Numbered from the stretch's first letter, positions 49,096-61,715 are shown. The stretch is DNA of 64,000 bases from Basidiobolus meristosporus CBS 931.73 (GCA_002104905.1 MCFE01000130.1:95857-159856); one strand, 5' to 3'. The notes: a model not told the origin generated them from the sequence alone. Numbers and translations: made by a program.

Positions 49096-51156
49096 AGACT
49101 TGTTCCAATGGATAGTGCCACATAGTGCTAGCCTGTTTATAGTGCTGGATTGATCTGGCACTCTATGGCAATATCTAACACTATAATTCTCACCATAATG
49201 CCAGTGGTAGGATAAAGTTACTGGTAATGTTACTCAATGTTACTCATGTTGCTCAGGATAGTGCTTTCCTTGCTTTGTTTACTCTTCATAATGCACTAAA
49301 CACAATTCTCTCAAAGATGTCTTCTTGCATGAAAATACTGTGCATCAATAAGTATCTTAACTATTTCACCTACTCTGATGTTTTCTCCTATATATAACTT
49401 TACTTGGTATTACCTGCCAATATGCTGAATCTCCTCAAATATCCTAATATATGCACTACCCTCACTCTGAGATGATTAAAAATATCATTGTAGAGCATCT
49501 GCTTTCTGCTAGGCACACCATTTCTTGGCTTCCTATATGCTGTATTACATCCAAGTCTCTGACAATCCCCTCCTATATAAGCTAAGTCCGCCATACATTT
49601 CTCCCCTCTACTGAATTCTGGATGATTCTCTACCCAGAGTGCTTTGTTGTGCCTACTTCCAGCAAATGGCCCAGATGTCTTCTTGTATGAATATACTGTG
49701 CATTGATAAGTATCTTAACCATCTTACCTACTCTACATTTTCTCCTATATTTGACTTGACTTGGTATTACCTGCCAATATGCTGAATCTCCTCCAATATC
49801 TCAATGTATGCCCTACCCTCACTCTGAGATGATTAAATATCTCATTGTAAAGCTTCTGCTTCCTGCTAAGCACACAATTCCTTGGCTTCCTATATGCTGT
49901 AATACATCCAAGTCTCCAACAATCCACTCCTATATAAGCTAAGTCTGCCATACATTTCCCCCATCTACTGAAATCTGGTAGTTCTCTACACAGAGTGCTT
50001 TGTTGTGGCTACTTCTAGCAAATGGCCCACCAAGCCAGATGATGTTACCCTCAATGTCAGACAGTGCTTGAAACTTTGCAGTGTGCCTTGTACTTGCCAG
50101 AATAAAAGTGCCTTTGCCCTATAGCAGGTCTGTTAATCCTGACTGGGAAGGTATCCAAAATACTCCTGATATGGAACCTGTTGCTGACCACTCCAGGATA
50201 TGGAAGTCTATTAGAACCTCTGAACCTAGTATTCCAAGCTTGCTCTAGTCATTCATACACTCTGCAAGGTGGTCCTCAATTACTGTCAGCTGGGAATGAA
50301 AGCTTTTAGGACTTTTGTTTCCATGGATGGTGGGATCAAACCTTGTGGGGCAATAGTTCTAGTAATTGCAGAGAAGCTTAACAAGGGATCTCCTTGAGTA
50401 GACTGGGGTGGATGGTCCACAGTACTTGGTATAGATATCCTCTAATGTGTCAAACGGAAATCCAGTGGTAGTGATGTGGTTGATGAGAAAAGACCATTCA
50501 GTCATATTAAAATTGGTAGATGAGCAGGCTGATGCAAGTTCTATTGATTTGGTGTGATCTGCAATAAAAAAATTAATTTATTTGATTTTCCAGGCATTAA
50601 GATTAAATCTCCATCAATTGCCATGTATCCCACCATTATGTTGCAAAATCATCCTCAAACAGTGACTTGGTATTTTTATGAATGCCTTACTCACAAGTCT
50701 ATAGCAAATAGGAAATCTGCGGTTGATGGGACCCAATCTGTGTCAATGCAATCCAAGATGCATCATGCATTATATATGGAAAACTCAACAATTACATTAG
50801 TTTTCATATAAATTTCATATAAGACCAGGTTGATGCCAATACACTACTATATCAGTATCCAAATCCATCACTAGGATCCCTATACCAGGTCTCAACTCAT
50901 CTTTAGTACAACCCAGACAAAACCCATCCTCAGCTCACAAGCATGGTGCATAGCACAGGCTGGACGTGTCTGTTTATGCCTCAGCTTTGGGAGCCAAAGT
51001 GACTTTGGATGAGTTTTTGCCTCAAATGACTAATGTATTATATGATATATCAGTTGTGGTAAGTGGCTTCCAACATCAATATACACAGGACCCATCCAGG
51101 CAACAGTTCCCAATTAACAGACAGAGGGTAAGTGAATACCTTGAGGAATCAGACGG
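49096..51156. mobile_element. PHIS element H, copy 2, with an internal duplicated transposase segment; right part lost at a gypsy insertion
   Basis: Begins AGACTTGTTCCAATGGATAGTGCCACAT after AAT and is broadly colinear with 39922-41910. Two successive ADLAYIG-containing segments (49400-49594 and 49745-49951). Confidence 0.8.
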
Positions 51157-53477
51157 TGTAGTTGGGTGACAGTGACACCCACTGACAGATGTGCTCATTC
51201 CCTTATTGTCTACTTCCCTATATCTCTGCTAAGATGTGCAGCCTATCTGAACAAGAAGTGGCTGAAGACTTCCCCTACTACTGCACCAATGATATTACCA
51301 CTAAGCTTAGAGGAGGGATGAGAGCCCTTTTCCAGAAATCTGACTCAGCAACCAGGAAGATTACTGTTAATGCCCCTATTGGGACACATAAAGAGAATCC
51401 AAGCAGCCCTGACAACAGACAATACAAAGTTGATGCCTTTGCTACCAATAGACACCTCCCTGAAGAACCTGCCAAACCCATCCTTAGAAGACCACAATTT
51501 GAAGAACCTGAAGTTGCTAATGACAAGAGGCCTAGTATGCTGCCCACCCAAGATCCATTGCCTCACTTTCAGATGACCTCAAAGATAGCAAGCTACTCAA
51601 GCCCTCAACTGATTACTGAGCAGCTGCTGAAGCAGAACCTCACTTTGTTGGTTGGAGAAATCATGAGTGTATCCCCATCTGTTAGGAAGACCTTTGATGA
51701 GCAGCTTAGAAGAAGACAACAAGCTGTTGAATATATGGACACCCATATAATTCAAACAAAGCACAAAGACCACCAAAAGGATGACAACACTACTGAATAT
51801 AAGACCTTTTATTCAGTTGCAACTGCTGTGGTGAAAGGGTATATATATGATGACCCTGTTGACTGCCATATTGACAGTGGCTCAGAGATTTGTATTATGC
51901 TGCTAGACTTCTGGAAGACACTTTGAAACAAGGAGCCACTGCCTGTTGATAGAGATATTGGATGGAACATGACTGATGCAAACTCAGGATCTAGTCCACC
52001 CTATGGTGTAGTGCACAAGTTCCCTATTGAGGTACAAGGAATCAGGGTCTGGCTTCCCTCTTCATCTGCCAGAAGGCAAACTTTGACCTTCTGCTAGGTA
52101 GACCATGGGAAACCAGTACTAAGGCTACAGCTACCAGCTATTCCAATGGGTCAGTATGGTACACTATACAAGGATCCAACCCAGGACTACAGTCAACCTG
52201 CTGTGGTGTAACATCCAACAATAAGTGGACACATACTGCTTGCCAGAAGACACATCTTGTAATGGAAGAAGATGAGGAGCCTGACAATATACACCCCAAC
52301 ATTTGGAGCTGCTCATTAGGTATGCAGGAGCAGACTGCTATGGTTTGGATAAAATACAAGACAGTAGAACAGAAGATTAGACCATCACTTACACCTTTGA
52401 CTGATGGATCTTGACCTGCTAATTACATTAGACCACCAGAAGAAACACCAGATGATATACAACTTACACCTGAGAGACTTAAGCAACTTATCATTGGTGA
52501 TGGAAATCTTACACCAGAGGAGGCACTATTATTTGAAGAAACCTTGAAAAGGCATGATAAGGTTTTCTCATATAACTACAAGGAGATGGGGCTCTTAAAG
52601 ACATCAGTTGAAAAACCCATCAAGATTCCTACAGTGCCCCACACACCCTGGTCATTTAAGCCTTACCCACTGCCCAGAGGACTCCAAGCTCATGTGCATG
52701 ATCTACTTAAGAAGAAAATAGAAGCTGGTATCCTAGAACCTTGCCATGGATCTTATGCTAACAGGTGGTATGTGACCAAAAAGAAGAATGGAAAGCTCCA
52801 ATTCATTCAAGACATGCAACCTGCAAATGCTGTCACTATCAGAGATGCTGCTATACCTCCATCTATTGATGACTTTGCAGAAAACTTTAGTGGCCACTCC
52901 ATCTACTCAACATATGATCTCTACACAGGATATGACCAAATTCCCCTTGATGAGACATCTAGAGATATGTTTGCATTACAGACACCATTTGAACTTTTAA
53001 GGATGACAAGACTCAGTTGAGGGGCTACAAACTCCATGGCTCAGTTGCAGAGATGCATAGTGAATGTGCTGTATCAGATTATACACAAGAAACTTGCTGT
53101 CTTGGTTGATGACATAGGCATCAAAGGACCAAAAATCCAGGACACTACTGAAGTTATGCCTGGAGTAAGAAAGTTTGTCTATGATCATATTTCAGACAAT
53201 GATGCCATATTAGGAGCCATTGAAGAAGCTGGACTCACCATCAGTAGTGAGAAAAGCAGCTTTGGTGTATCAGAGATATCCATTGTTGGACAAAAATGCA
53301 ACACCTTTGGTCATTCATCTGGAGACTCCAAGACATAAAAGATATGCAACTGGCCTACCCCCACAAATCTCACACAAGCTTGTGGATTTGTGACCACTTG
53401 TGGATTCTTTAGATTCTGGATCCCAAGATTTTCTGAGATAGCAGAACCAATCTACCAACTACGGAGAAAGAATACCC
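51157..53477 (+). mobile_element. Degenerate, internally deleted copy of gypsy family G2 (LTR tip, gag piece, protease, RT)
   Basis: Colinear with 57750-59910 but with stops, frameshifts and CpG loss. It starts with tgtagttgggtgacagtgacaccc (G2 LTR start). Confidence 0.9.
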
Positions 53478-55678
53478 TGTTATGATCTGCCGCTTGAATG
53501 TTTAAGTTAGATCAGTTTTTAGTCAAATCAGTTAGTATATGTTTAGGTTATCAGTACATCAGTATTATCTATGAAATCAGTAGCATTAGTCAGCAAATGA
53601 ATCAGCAGATCCTTATCAGACAGAAATAGATATATTAAGTAGGATCTTATTGGGTGATGATGATGCAATCAAATGAGTCATCAGCCACAACCTACATTAG
53701 GAAATACAATTAGTCAGCAATTGATCTGGCAAAATGTATATAAGGAGCTGCTGGAACCTCAATAAAAATCAGTTCAAGTTTTAGTGAATACAATACTAGC
53801 TAAACTCCCTATTCCTCTACAACTCTTATACCAAGACTTGTAACATTGGTAGCAGCGATAACCAGAAACCTCCCTCCTGAAGAAAGAAGAAACCACCCTC
53901 AAGATGTCGGACAATCAAGAATGGAAGAATGCCATGCAGCAAATCCTTGCCCAACAGCAACAGCTACTCCAGATCCTCAGCCAACAGCAACAAGGAATGA
54001 CTACCATGGCTCAGAGCCAACAAAGCCCTGTCAAGAGCAACTTTAGTGTGAAGGTTAACCGGTACCATGGCAGAGTCAATGAAAACCTGGGAACTTGGCT
54101 CTTTCAGATTGAAGAAGCTTTTAAAGCTAAAGGAATTGCTCCAGAGAGCAAGTTGCATTATGCAGCTTCTTACCTGGCAGATGCAGCTTTACAGTGGTAC
54201 CACAACAAGATCAGGTCAGCTACTATGATGGGATGCTCTACAATCTCTACCTGGGATGAGTTTGTGTCGGAAATTCAGGATGCTTTTGAACCTCCACACC
54301 AGCAGACACTACTAAGAAGGAAGTTAAAGACACTCAGACAGAAAGGAATGGTGCAAGAATACATCTATGAGTACAGATGTCTACTTGGACAAATTGAAAG
54401 AATGGACCCCTTGGATCAAGTTGAATACTTTATTGATGGGTTGAAAGAAAGAACTCGCAAGGAAGTCAATTACCAAAGACCTCAGACTATTGAAGAAGCC
54501 ATCAAGATTGCCATTGACTATGACTCAGCTATGTTTGGAGTTGGGAAGCCTACAGTGACTAGTCAGAAAGGCTATAATCATTATGAAAGAAGACAATCAG
54601 AAGCAGTACCAATGGAAATAGACGCTATGCAGAAGAATCCCTCCTCAGAAGAATGCAAGAAGAGAGGACTTTGCTTCAATTGCCACCAGCAGGGACATAT
54701 TGCAAAGTACTGCCCTCAGAGAAGAAATGGACACCAGCCAACAAGAACCTTCAACCATATTGAGTCCCATGAACACAATAATGAGGAAGATGAGCTTGAA
54801 GAAGACTCGGAACTCACCTTCCATATGACAGAAGAGTACTTGTCCCAAATGACTTCAAACTCAGGGAAGTTATTGTACCTGAATGGAGCAATCAATGGAG
54901 TACCTGCCAAGATCATGATTGACTCAGGAGCATCGCATGAGTACATGTCAGAGCAATTTGCTTTGAAAGCTGGAATCAACTCGGAACCTACCAAATCAAC
55001 TTCAGTCTCCACAGCTGATGGGAACTCCCACATAATCAACCGTATTACCCAGCCAGTAAGAATGAAGATCAATGACTATGAAGAAGACCTACAGGCTTAT
55101 ATATTTGGGAACTGCAAGTTTGACCTTGTACTTGGGAAAACCTGGCTATTTTGTCGTAATCCATCAATCAACTGGAGAACCCATGCTACTCAGATCCAGA
55201 AAGACAACAAGACCTATGAGCTATTACCTGCCAGGCTGGATTTCAACTTGGTCAATTCCAGTGTGTGTGAGACAAGTGAACTTAGCAAGACCCAGTTCTG
55301 TAGAGCACTTAGAAAAGGTACCCAGATGTTCCTCATGGCGGTATTACAGGAGGATTCCTCTATCCCAGCACCCCAGCAGGTCCAGACTCTCTTGAAGAAA
55401 TATTCAGACGTGTTTCCAGATGAGCTTGTAAGCCTACCACCAGTCAGAGACGTGGATCATGCCATTGACACAGGAGATAGCCCTCCAGTGAGCAAGACAC
55501 CTTACAGAATGAGTCCATTGGAATTGGAGGAAATGAAGAAACAAATTGATCAGCTATTAGAGCAAGGATACATCAGGCCCAGCAAGTCACCTTGGGGAGC
55601 ACCAGTGCTTTTTGTGAAAAAGAAGGATGGAACACTTAGGATGTGCATTGACTACAGAGCCCTGAACTCAGTTACCAT
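53478..55678 (+). mobile_element. Ty3/gypsy family G1, 5' part (LTR 53478-53845, PBS, gag-protease-RT start), truncated by G2
   Basis: PBS TGGTAGCAGCG. The ORF from 53904 has a Ty3-type capsid, [22 protein letters not shown] and [30 protein letters not shown], and is broken by the G2 LTR. Confidence 0.93.
53904..55678 (+). pseudogene. G1 Gag-Pol, truncated within RT
   Basis: 597-aa ORF whose last codons read into the G2 LTR. Confidence 0.9.
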
Positions 55679-56897
55679 TGTAGTGGGGTCACGGTGACAC
55701 CCACAGGCAGATGTGCTCATTCTTATGCGTTCACTTCCCTAAAAAGGCTTACCCCGCCTATATTATTATCATCCCAAATTTGCAATATTTCCTATTTTTG
55801 TCTATGTGATTATTACTATGCAACCTGACAAACTATTTGTCACTATTAACCCATTGCACAAGCTATTCTTATTCCTTGCCGAGATGCCAAGATAAGAGAG
55901 TTACCTTATAAGGCAAGTACCCCAACAGTGCCCATGTCACGTGACCATCTTGGTTTCATAATCCCCCCATCTCACTACCATAAGAGGCAACCACATGACA
56001 CAGAGGTTTCATGTTACCACTACCTGATTGGCTAGGTGCTACTATGTCTCATGGAACAATCCGCCAAGAATTTGCGCTATTTTTAGTACACAAAGACATG
56101 ATTGGTTGTCTACTACCTTCTGGAAACTTCCGGAAAGTATTTTCTAGCAAGAAATTGAGCAGCAAAAAAGTATATAAGGGAGGCTATCCCTTAAAATAAA
56201 TCATCCCTCTTCCAATATTCCAACTTATTGATTAGTGAGATCACCGCTACCTATTACCACTATTTTCTGACTCAGACCTGACGATACTCCCAGGAAACCG
56301 CGCTGACAGCCAACTGACCTTGGAGGCACTACTTGTGAGGAATACTCAGAGTAGGTATATTTTATTATATTGTTTGTTTTCCCAAGTTTGTTCTTGTACA
56401 GGCAAAGATACTTTTCAGTCTTTGTAACTATTGGTCAAAGCTGCATTCTTATCAAGTCCCTGTTGGTGGAGTTTACAGTTGTTTTGACTTTGGAAGCTTT
56501 AGTACATTGTCATCTCAAAGGACGTCGAAGCCATTATAAACTTTTGTTAAGACGCCAACTAAGTTGGGGATTGTAGTTCAATAGTTTTCCCTTGACAAGC
56601 TTGAGGCTTTATCCCCCATCACATTAGATTAGATAAAAGACCCAGTATTCCTAGCAAGCTTTTGCCAGAGGTTATCGCACCCAGTGAACACCCCACACAC
56701 ATTCACACTTGAGAAGTGTTGGCCGTATTTTGCCCATTGGACTTATACACCACCACATATTTGGCACCCAACGTGGGGGGTTCATACAAGCTCCCTAGGA
56801 CCCTACAAGATTTACCTGAAGATTTGAGCCGTTACCCATTTATTGAAACAAGACTACCAATATTATCAAGACTACAACACCAACCTACCTACCCAAA

Positions 56898-57749
56898 ATG
56901 AACTCTATGCCGTTACCACTCTCACATGGAGCCCCACAGTTTGATGGAAAGAATGTGGAGAGCTTCATATACAAATGGGAGAAGCTCTGCAAGATGTGCA
57001 GCCTATCTGAACAAGAAATGGCTGAAGACTTCCCCTACTACTGCACCGATGATATTACTACTAAGCTTCTCAGACAAGGAGACATTCTGACTGACTGGAC
57101 CTTAATGAAGACCTACCTTCAGACCGAGTATGGCAGACCCCAGATATACTATGGAATTGAGGACCTCAGACACTTTGGAAGGATGGGACTCTCCAAGCTA
57201 CCACTTGAAGAGTTCATTCAACAATATGAAGATATGGCCAAGCCACTCCTAGAGTCCCAGGCAATAACTGAGTTTACCATGACACTTTACCTTGCACAAG
57301 GGCTTCCCCAGGAGTTGGCAAGGAAAGTTGACCTACATGCAGCCAAGGATGACAAGTCTGGCATTCCTTGCTTTGCAGAGATGAAACGTGTACTCCTAGA
57401 GGCAAAGCAAACTTCTACCTTTATGAGACTCTTGACATCTAATCTGCCAGACCAGCCAACCAAGGAGCTAAAGAGTGCTGTTGCTGACAATCAGACCTAC
57501 ACTACCGACAGAATTGACCAACTTGCTGAACAGCTACAAAAGCTAGCCCTCAAGGTTAACGGCTCAGCTGAGGTAGCTACTGAGGGCCAAAGAGCTTGGC
57601 CTAGACACTGCATTTGGTGTGACTCTACTCAGCATGCCAGACGTGAATGCTCAGAGCTTAGCCAGCTACTTAGAGAAGGAACAGTACAGTTTGATGCTGA
57701 TGGAATGCTTGCTGATAAGGAAGGAAAAAGGATTCCCACTAATTTCTGA
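56898..57749 (+). CDS. G2 Gag-like protein with C-terminal CxxC-H-C knuckle
   Basis: APQFDGKNVESFIYKWE and CIWCDSTQHARREC. It ends at a TGA in frame with pol. Confidence 0.85.
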   Translation: MNSMPLPLSHGAPQFDGKNVESFIYKWEKLCKMCSLSEQEMAEDFPYYCTDDITTKLLRQGDILTDWTLMKTYLQTEYGRPQIYYGIEDLRHFGRMGLSKLPLEEFIQQYEDMAKPLLESQAITEFTMTLYLAQGLPQELARKVDLHAAKDDKSGIPCFAEMKRVLLEAKQTSTFMRLLTSNLPDQPTKELKSAVADNQTYTTDRIDQLAEQLQKLALKVNGSAEVATEGQRAWPRHCIWCDSTQHARRECSELSQLLREGTVQFDADGMLADKEGKRIPTNF

Positions 57750-57758
57750 AGAGGCGGA

Positions 57759-60700
57759 ATGAGAGCCCTTTTCCAGAAGTCTGACTCAGCAACTAGAAAG
57801 ATTACTATTGATGCCCCTATTGAGACTCATACAGTGAGTCCAAACAGCCCTGACAACAGAAAATACGAAGTAGACACCTTTGCTACTAAGAGACACCTTC
57901 CTGAAGAACCTGTCAAACCCATCCTTAGAAGACCACGATTTGAAGAGCCTGAGGTTATTATTGACAAGAGGCCTGGAACACTGCCTACTCAAGACCCATT
58001 ACCTCACTTTCAGATGACCTCAAAGATAGCTGGCTACTCAAGCCCCCAATTGATTACTGAGAAACTACTGAAGCAGAACCTCACTTTGTCAGTTGGAGAA
58101 ATCATGAGTGTATCACCGTCTGTTAGGAAGACCTTTGATGAGCAGCTTAGAACAAGAAGACAAGCTGTTGAACATATGGACACCCATATAATCCAGACAA
58201 ACCATGAAGACCACAAAAAGGATGACACCGCTACCAAATACAAGACCTTTTACTCAGTTGCAACTGCTGTGGTGAAAGGGTATATATATGATGACCCTGT
58301 TGACTGCCATATTGACAGTGGTTCAGAGATTTGTGTTATGCCGCTAGACTTCTGGAAGACACTTAGAAGCAAGGAGCTACTGCCTGTTGATAGAGATATT
58401 GGATGGAACATGACTGATGCAAACTCAGGGTCTAGCCCACTCTATGGTGTAGTGCACAAGTTCCCTATTGAGGTACAAGGAATCAAGGTCTGGCTTCCCC
58501 TCTTTATCTGCCAGAAGGCAAACTTTGACCTTCTGTTAGGCAGACCATGGGAGACCAGTACTAAGGCTACAACTACCAACTATTCTGATGGGTCAGTGTG
58601 GTACACTATACAAGGATCCAACCCAGGACTACAGTCAACATTTTGTGGGGTAACACCCAACAATAAGAGGACACATACCGCTTGCCAGAAGACACATCTT
58701 GTTATAGAAGAAGATGAGGAGCCTGACAGTATACACCCTAACAGTTGGAGCTACTCATTAGGTATACAGGAGCAGACAGCTATGGTTCGCACAAAATACA
58801 AGACAGTGGAACAGAAGATTAGACCATCACTTACGCCTTTAACTGATGGGTCTCGACCTGCTGATTACATCAGACCACCAGAAGGAACACCAGAAGATAT
58901 ACGACTTACACCTGAGAGACTTAAGCAACTTATCATTGGTGATGGAAACCTAACACCGGAGGAGATCTTACTATTTGAAGAAACCCTGAAAAGGCATGAT
59001 AAGGTTTTCTCATATAATGACAAGGAGATGGGACTCTTAAAGACATCGGTTGAAAAACCTATCAAAATTCATACAGTGCCCCACACACCCTGGTCATTTA
59101 AACCTTACCCACTGCCTAGAGGACTCCAAGCTGATGTGCATGACCTACTTAAGAAGAAGATTGAGGCTGGTATCCTAGAACCTTGCCATGGACCTTATGC
59201 TAACAGATGGTTTGTGACCAAAAAGAAGAATGGGAAGCTCCGATTCATTCAGGACATGCAACCTGCAAATGCTGTCACTATCAGAGATGCCGCAATACCT
59301 CCGTCTATTGATGACTTTGCAGAAAGCTTTAGTGGTCACTCCATCTACTCAACATATGATCTCTACTCAGGATACGACCAGATTCCCCTAGATGAGACAT
59401 CAAGAGATATGTTTGCACTCCAGACTCCATTTGGACTGTTAAGAATGACAAGACTTAGCCAAGGGGCAACAAACTCCGTGGCTCAGTTCCAGAGGTGCAT
59501 GGTAAATGTGCTCTACCGGTTTATACCTGAGAAACTTGCTGTCTTTGTTGATGACATAGGCATCAAAGGACCAAAACTCCGGGACACAACTGAAGTTATG
59601 CCTGGAGTAAGAAAGTTTGTCTATGACCATATTTCAGACAATGATGCCATATTAGGAGCCATTGAAGAAGCTGGACTCACCATCAGTGGTGAGAAAAGCA
59701 GCTTTGGTGTATCAGAGATATCCATTGTTGGACAAAAATGCAACACCTTTGGTCGTTCACCCGGAGACTCCAAGACACAAAAGATATGCAACTGGCCTAC
59801 CCCCACAAATCTAACACAAGCTCGTGGCTTTGTGGCAGCTTGTGGGTTCTTTAGGATCTGGATCCCAAGATTTTCTGAGATAGCAGAACCAATCTACCGA
59901 CTACAGAGAAAGAATGCCCCATTTAACTGGGGAGAAGAGCAAGAAGAAGCCATGCAATTACTAAAAGAGGCCTTAGTATCTCCACCAGTTCTGAGACCTC
60001 TTGACTATCAGAACACTGAATGCCCACCTATCTTGACGGTGGATGCAAGCCCTGTAGGAGCTGGAGCACTACTTGGCCAAGATGATGAAGATGGTAACCG
60101 CTATGCCTGCAGATATGAGAGCTGCCTCTTCTCTCCTAGAGAACAAAGATACTCACAGATTAAGAGAGAGCTACTAGGAGTTGTGAAGATGCTGAGAAAG
60201 CTGAAGTCACAACTCTACATGACACATTTCATCCTGGAGACAGATGCTAAACCACTTATAGGAATGATCAACAAGCCTGATCTACCTGATGATGCCACAA
60301 ATCGGTGGATGGCATGGCTGAAAATGTTTGACTTTGAGGTCAGACATATCCCTGGCAAGACAAATGTTGTGGCTGATGCACTCTCCAGGAAGGGACCACA
60401 GTTGTCTGAAGATATGGACCCTGACTTTGATGACATAATTGATGCAGAAATCCGACAACTACACGTGAAGAAGCCCAGCAACTCTACGTGGAACACCATT
60501 CAAGACTATCTGAGAACCTTAGAGAAGCCACCAGGAATGAGCCCACATGATTTCAGAAAGCTCAGGAAGAAGGCCCATCATTTCTACATAAAAGATGGCC
60601 TCCTCTTCAAACGAGTAAAGCCTGGACAGACACCAAGAAGAGTTATAGTTGAGCCCCAGGAACAACTGACTATTATGTCAAGCCTTCATGAAGGAAGACC

Positions 60701-61715
60701 CGGTGGTCATAGAGGCAGAGATGCCACTTACAATGTTGTTTCCAGTAGATACTACTGGGAGCATATGTATCATGATGTCCAACACTTTGTTGAATCTTGT
60801 GACATTTGCCAAAGAAGGTCAACCAAGAGATATGAGGAGCCGCTCCATCCAACCTACACACCTTGTCTATGGCAGAAGGTTGGCATTGACCTGGTCCACA
60901 TGCCAACTGCTGGAACCAAGAAGTACCTTGTTGTTGCCAGAGATGATCTGAGTGGGTGGGTAGAAGCTCGAGCCCTACCCAATAACAAAAGCCACACCAT
61001 ATGGAGATTTATTCTTGAAGATATAATATGCAGATTTGGCTGCATCAGCCAGTTTGTTGCTGACCGAGGAGAAATGACCTCAAATTTGATCCAGGAACTC
61101 TGCTCACAATACAAGATTCATATTGCTTTCACTACCGCTTATCACCCACAGGCCAATGGAATGGTTGAAAGAGGCCATGGCCCGTTAGTTAACTCCCTGG
61201 TCAAGAGCTGCAACAACATGACACTACAGTGGCCTACACAACTTCATCTAGCACTCTGGGCAGATAGAATCACTACAAAGCGCAGCACAGGTCTATCTCC
61301 ATTCAAATTGCTTTACGGACATGATTGCGTTCTTCCCATAGAGCTTGACTCAATATCCTGGAACATGCTAGAGTGGAGAACTACAATGAGTACAGAAGAA
61401 CTACTGACTACACGCATCAAACAGCTTGATCACCATGAACTTGATATTACCCAAGCAGCTGCTAAACTCAAAGAGACAAGACTTCAGAACAAGGAACCAT
61501 TTGACAAGTCACATAGCCTTAGACCAAAGCCATTACTGCAAGGAGATCCAGTACTGCTCTATGATTCCACTTTAGACAAGCAGTGGAGTCGCAAATTTGA
61601 CAATAAGTGGTCTGGCCCATATATTGTCTCTAAGGTGATTGGAAATGGAAGCTACTACCTGTCTGAACTTGATGGAACACCGCTAAGAGCACCTGTGGCA
61701 GGAAACCAGACTTAA
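57759..61715 (+). CDS. G2 Pol (protease, RT, RNase H, integrase)
   Basis: IDSGSE, YDLYSGYDQI, VFVDDIG, LTVDASPVGAG, H..GH..CDIC and GMVERGH, in gypsy order; no chromodomain seen. Confidence 0.95.
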   Translation: MRALFQKSDSATRKITIDAPIETHTVSPNSPDNRKYEVDTFATKRHLPEEPVKPILRRPRFEEPEVIIDKRPGTLPTQDPLPHFQMTSKIAGYSSPQLITEKLLKQNLTLSVGEIMSVSPSVRKTFDEQLRTRRQAVEHMDTHIIQTNHEDHKKDDTATKYKTFYSVATAVVKGYIYDDPVDCHIDSGSEICVMPLDFWKTLRSKELLPVDRDIGWNMTDANSGSSPLYGVVHKFPIEVQGIKVWLPLFICQKANFDLLLGRPWETSTKATTTNYSDGSVWYTIQGSNPGLQSTFCGVTPNNKRTHTACQKTHLVIEEDEEPDSIHPNSWSYSLGIQEQTAMVRTKYKTVEQKIRPSLTPLTDGSRPADYIRPPEGTPEDIRLTPERLKQLIIGDGNLTPEEILLFEETLKRHDKVFSYNDKEMGLLKTSVEKPIKIHTVPHTPWSFKPYPLPRGLQADVHDLLKKKIEAGILEPCHGPYANRWFVTKKKNGKLRFIQDMQPANAVTIRDAAIPPSIDDFAESFSGHSIYSTYDLYSGYDQIPLDETSRDMFALQTPFGLLRMTRLSQGATNSVAQFQRCMVNVLYRFIPEKLAVFVDDIGIKGPKLRDTTEVMPGVRKFVYDHISDNDAILGAIEEAGLTISGEKSSFGVSEISIVGQKCNTFGRSPGDSKTQKICNWPTPTNLTQARGFVAACGFFRIWIPRFSEIAEPIYRLQRKNAPFNWGEEQEEAMQLLKEALVSPPVLRPLDYQNTECPPILTVDASPVGAGALLGQDDEDGNRYACRYESCLFSPREQRYSQIKRELLGVVKMLRKLKSQLYMTHFILETDAKPLIGMINKPDLPDDATNRWMAWLKMFDFEVRHIPGKTNVVADALSRKGPQLSEDMDPDFDDIIDAEIRQLHVKKPSNSTWNTIQDYLRTLEKPPGMSPHDFRKLRKKAHHFYIKDGLLFKRVKPGQTPRRVIVEPQEQLTIMSSLHEGRPGGHRGRDATYNVVSSRYYWEHMYHDVQHFVESCDICQRRSTKRYEEPLHPTYTPCLWQKVGIDLVHMPTAGTKKYLVVARDDLSGWVEARALPNNKSHTIWRFILEDIICRFGCISQFVADRGEMTSNLIQELCSQYKIHIAFTTAYHPQANGMVERGHGPLVNSLVKSCNNMTLQWPTQLHLALWADRITTKRSTGLSPFKLLYGHDCVLPIELDSISWNMLEWRTTMSTEELLTTRIKQLDHHELDITQAAAKLKETRLQNKEPFDKSHSLRPKPLLQGDPVLLYDSTLDKQWSRKFDNKWSGPYIVSKVIGNGSYYLSELDGTPLRAPVAGNQT

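Noticed and set aside
30305-53845. Copia LTRs and gypsy G1 LTRs are both 368-369 bp long
   Set aside because: No sequence similarity between them; treated as coincidence.
35772-61114. Many short ORFs overlapping or antisense to the copia and gypsy polyproteins
   Set aside because: Shadow frames of long coding sequences with no independent motifs.
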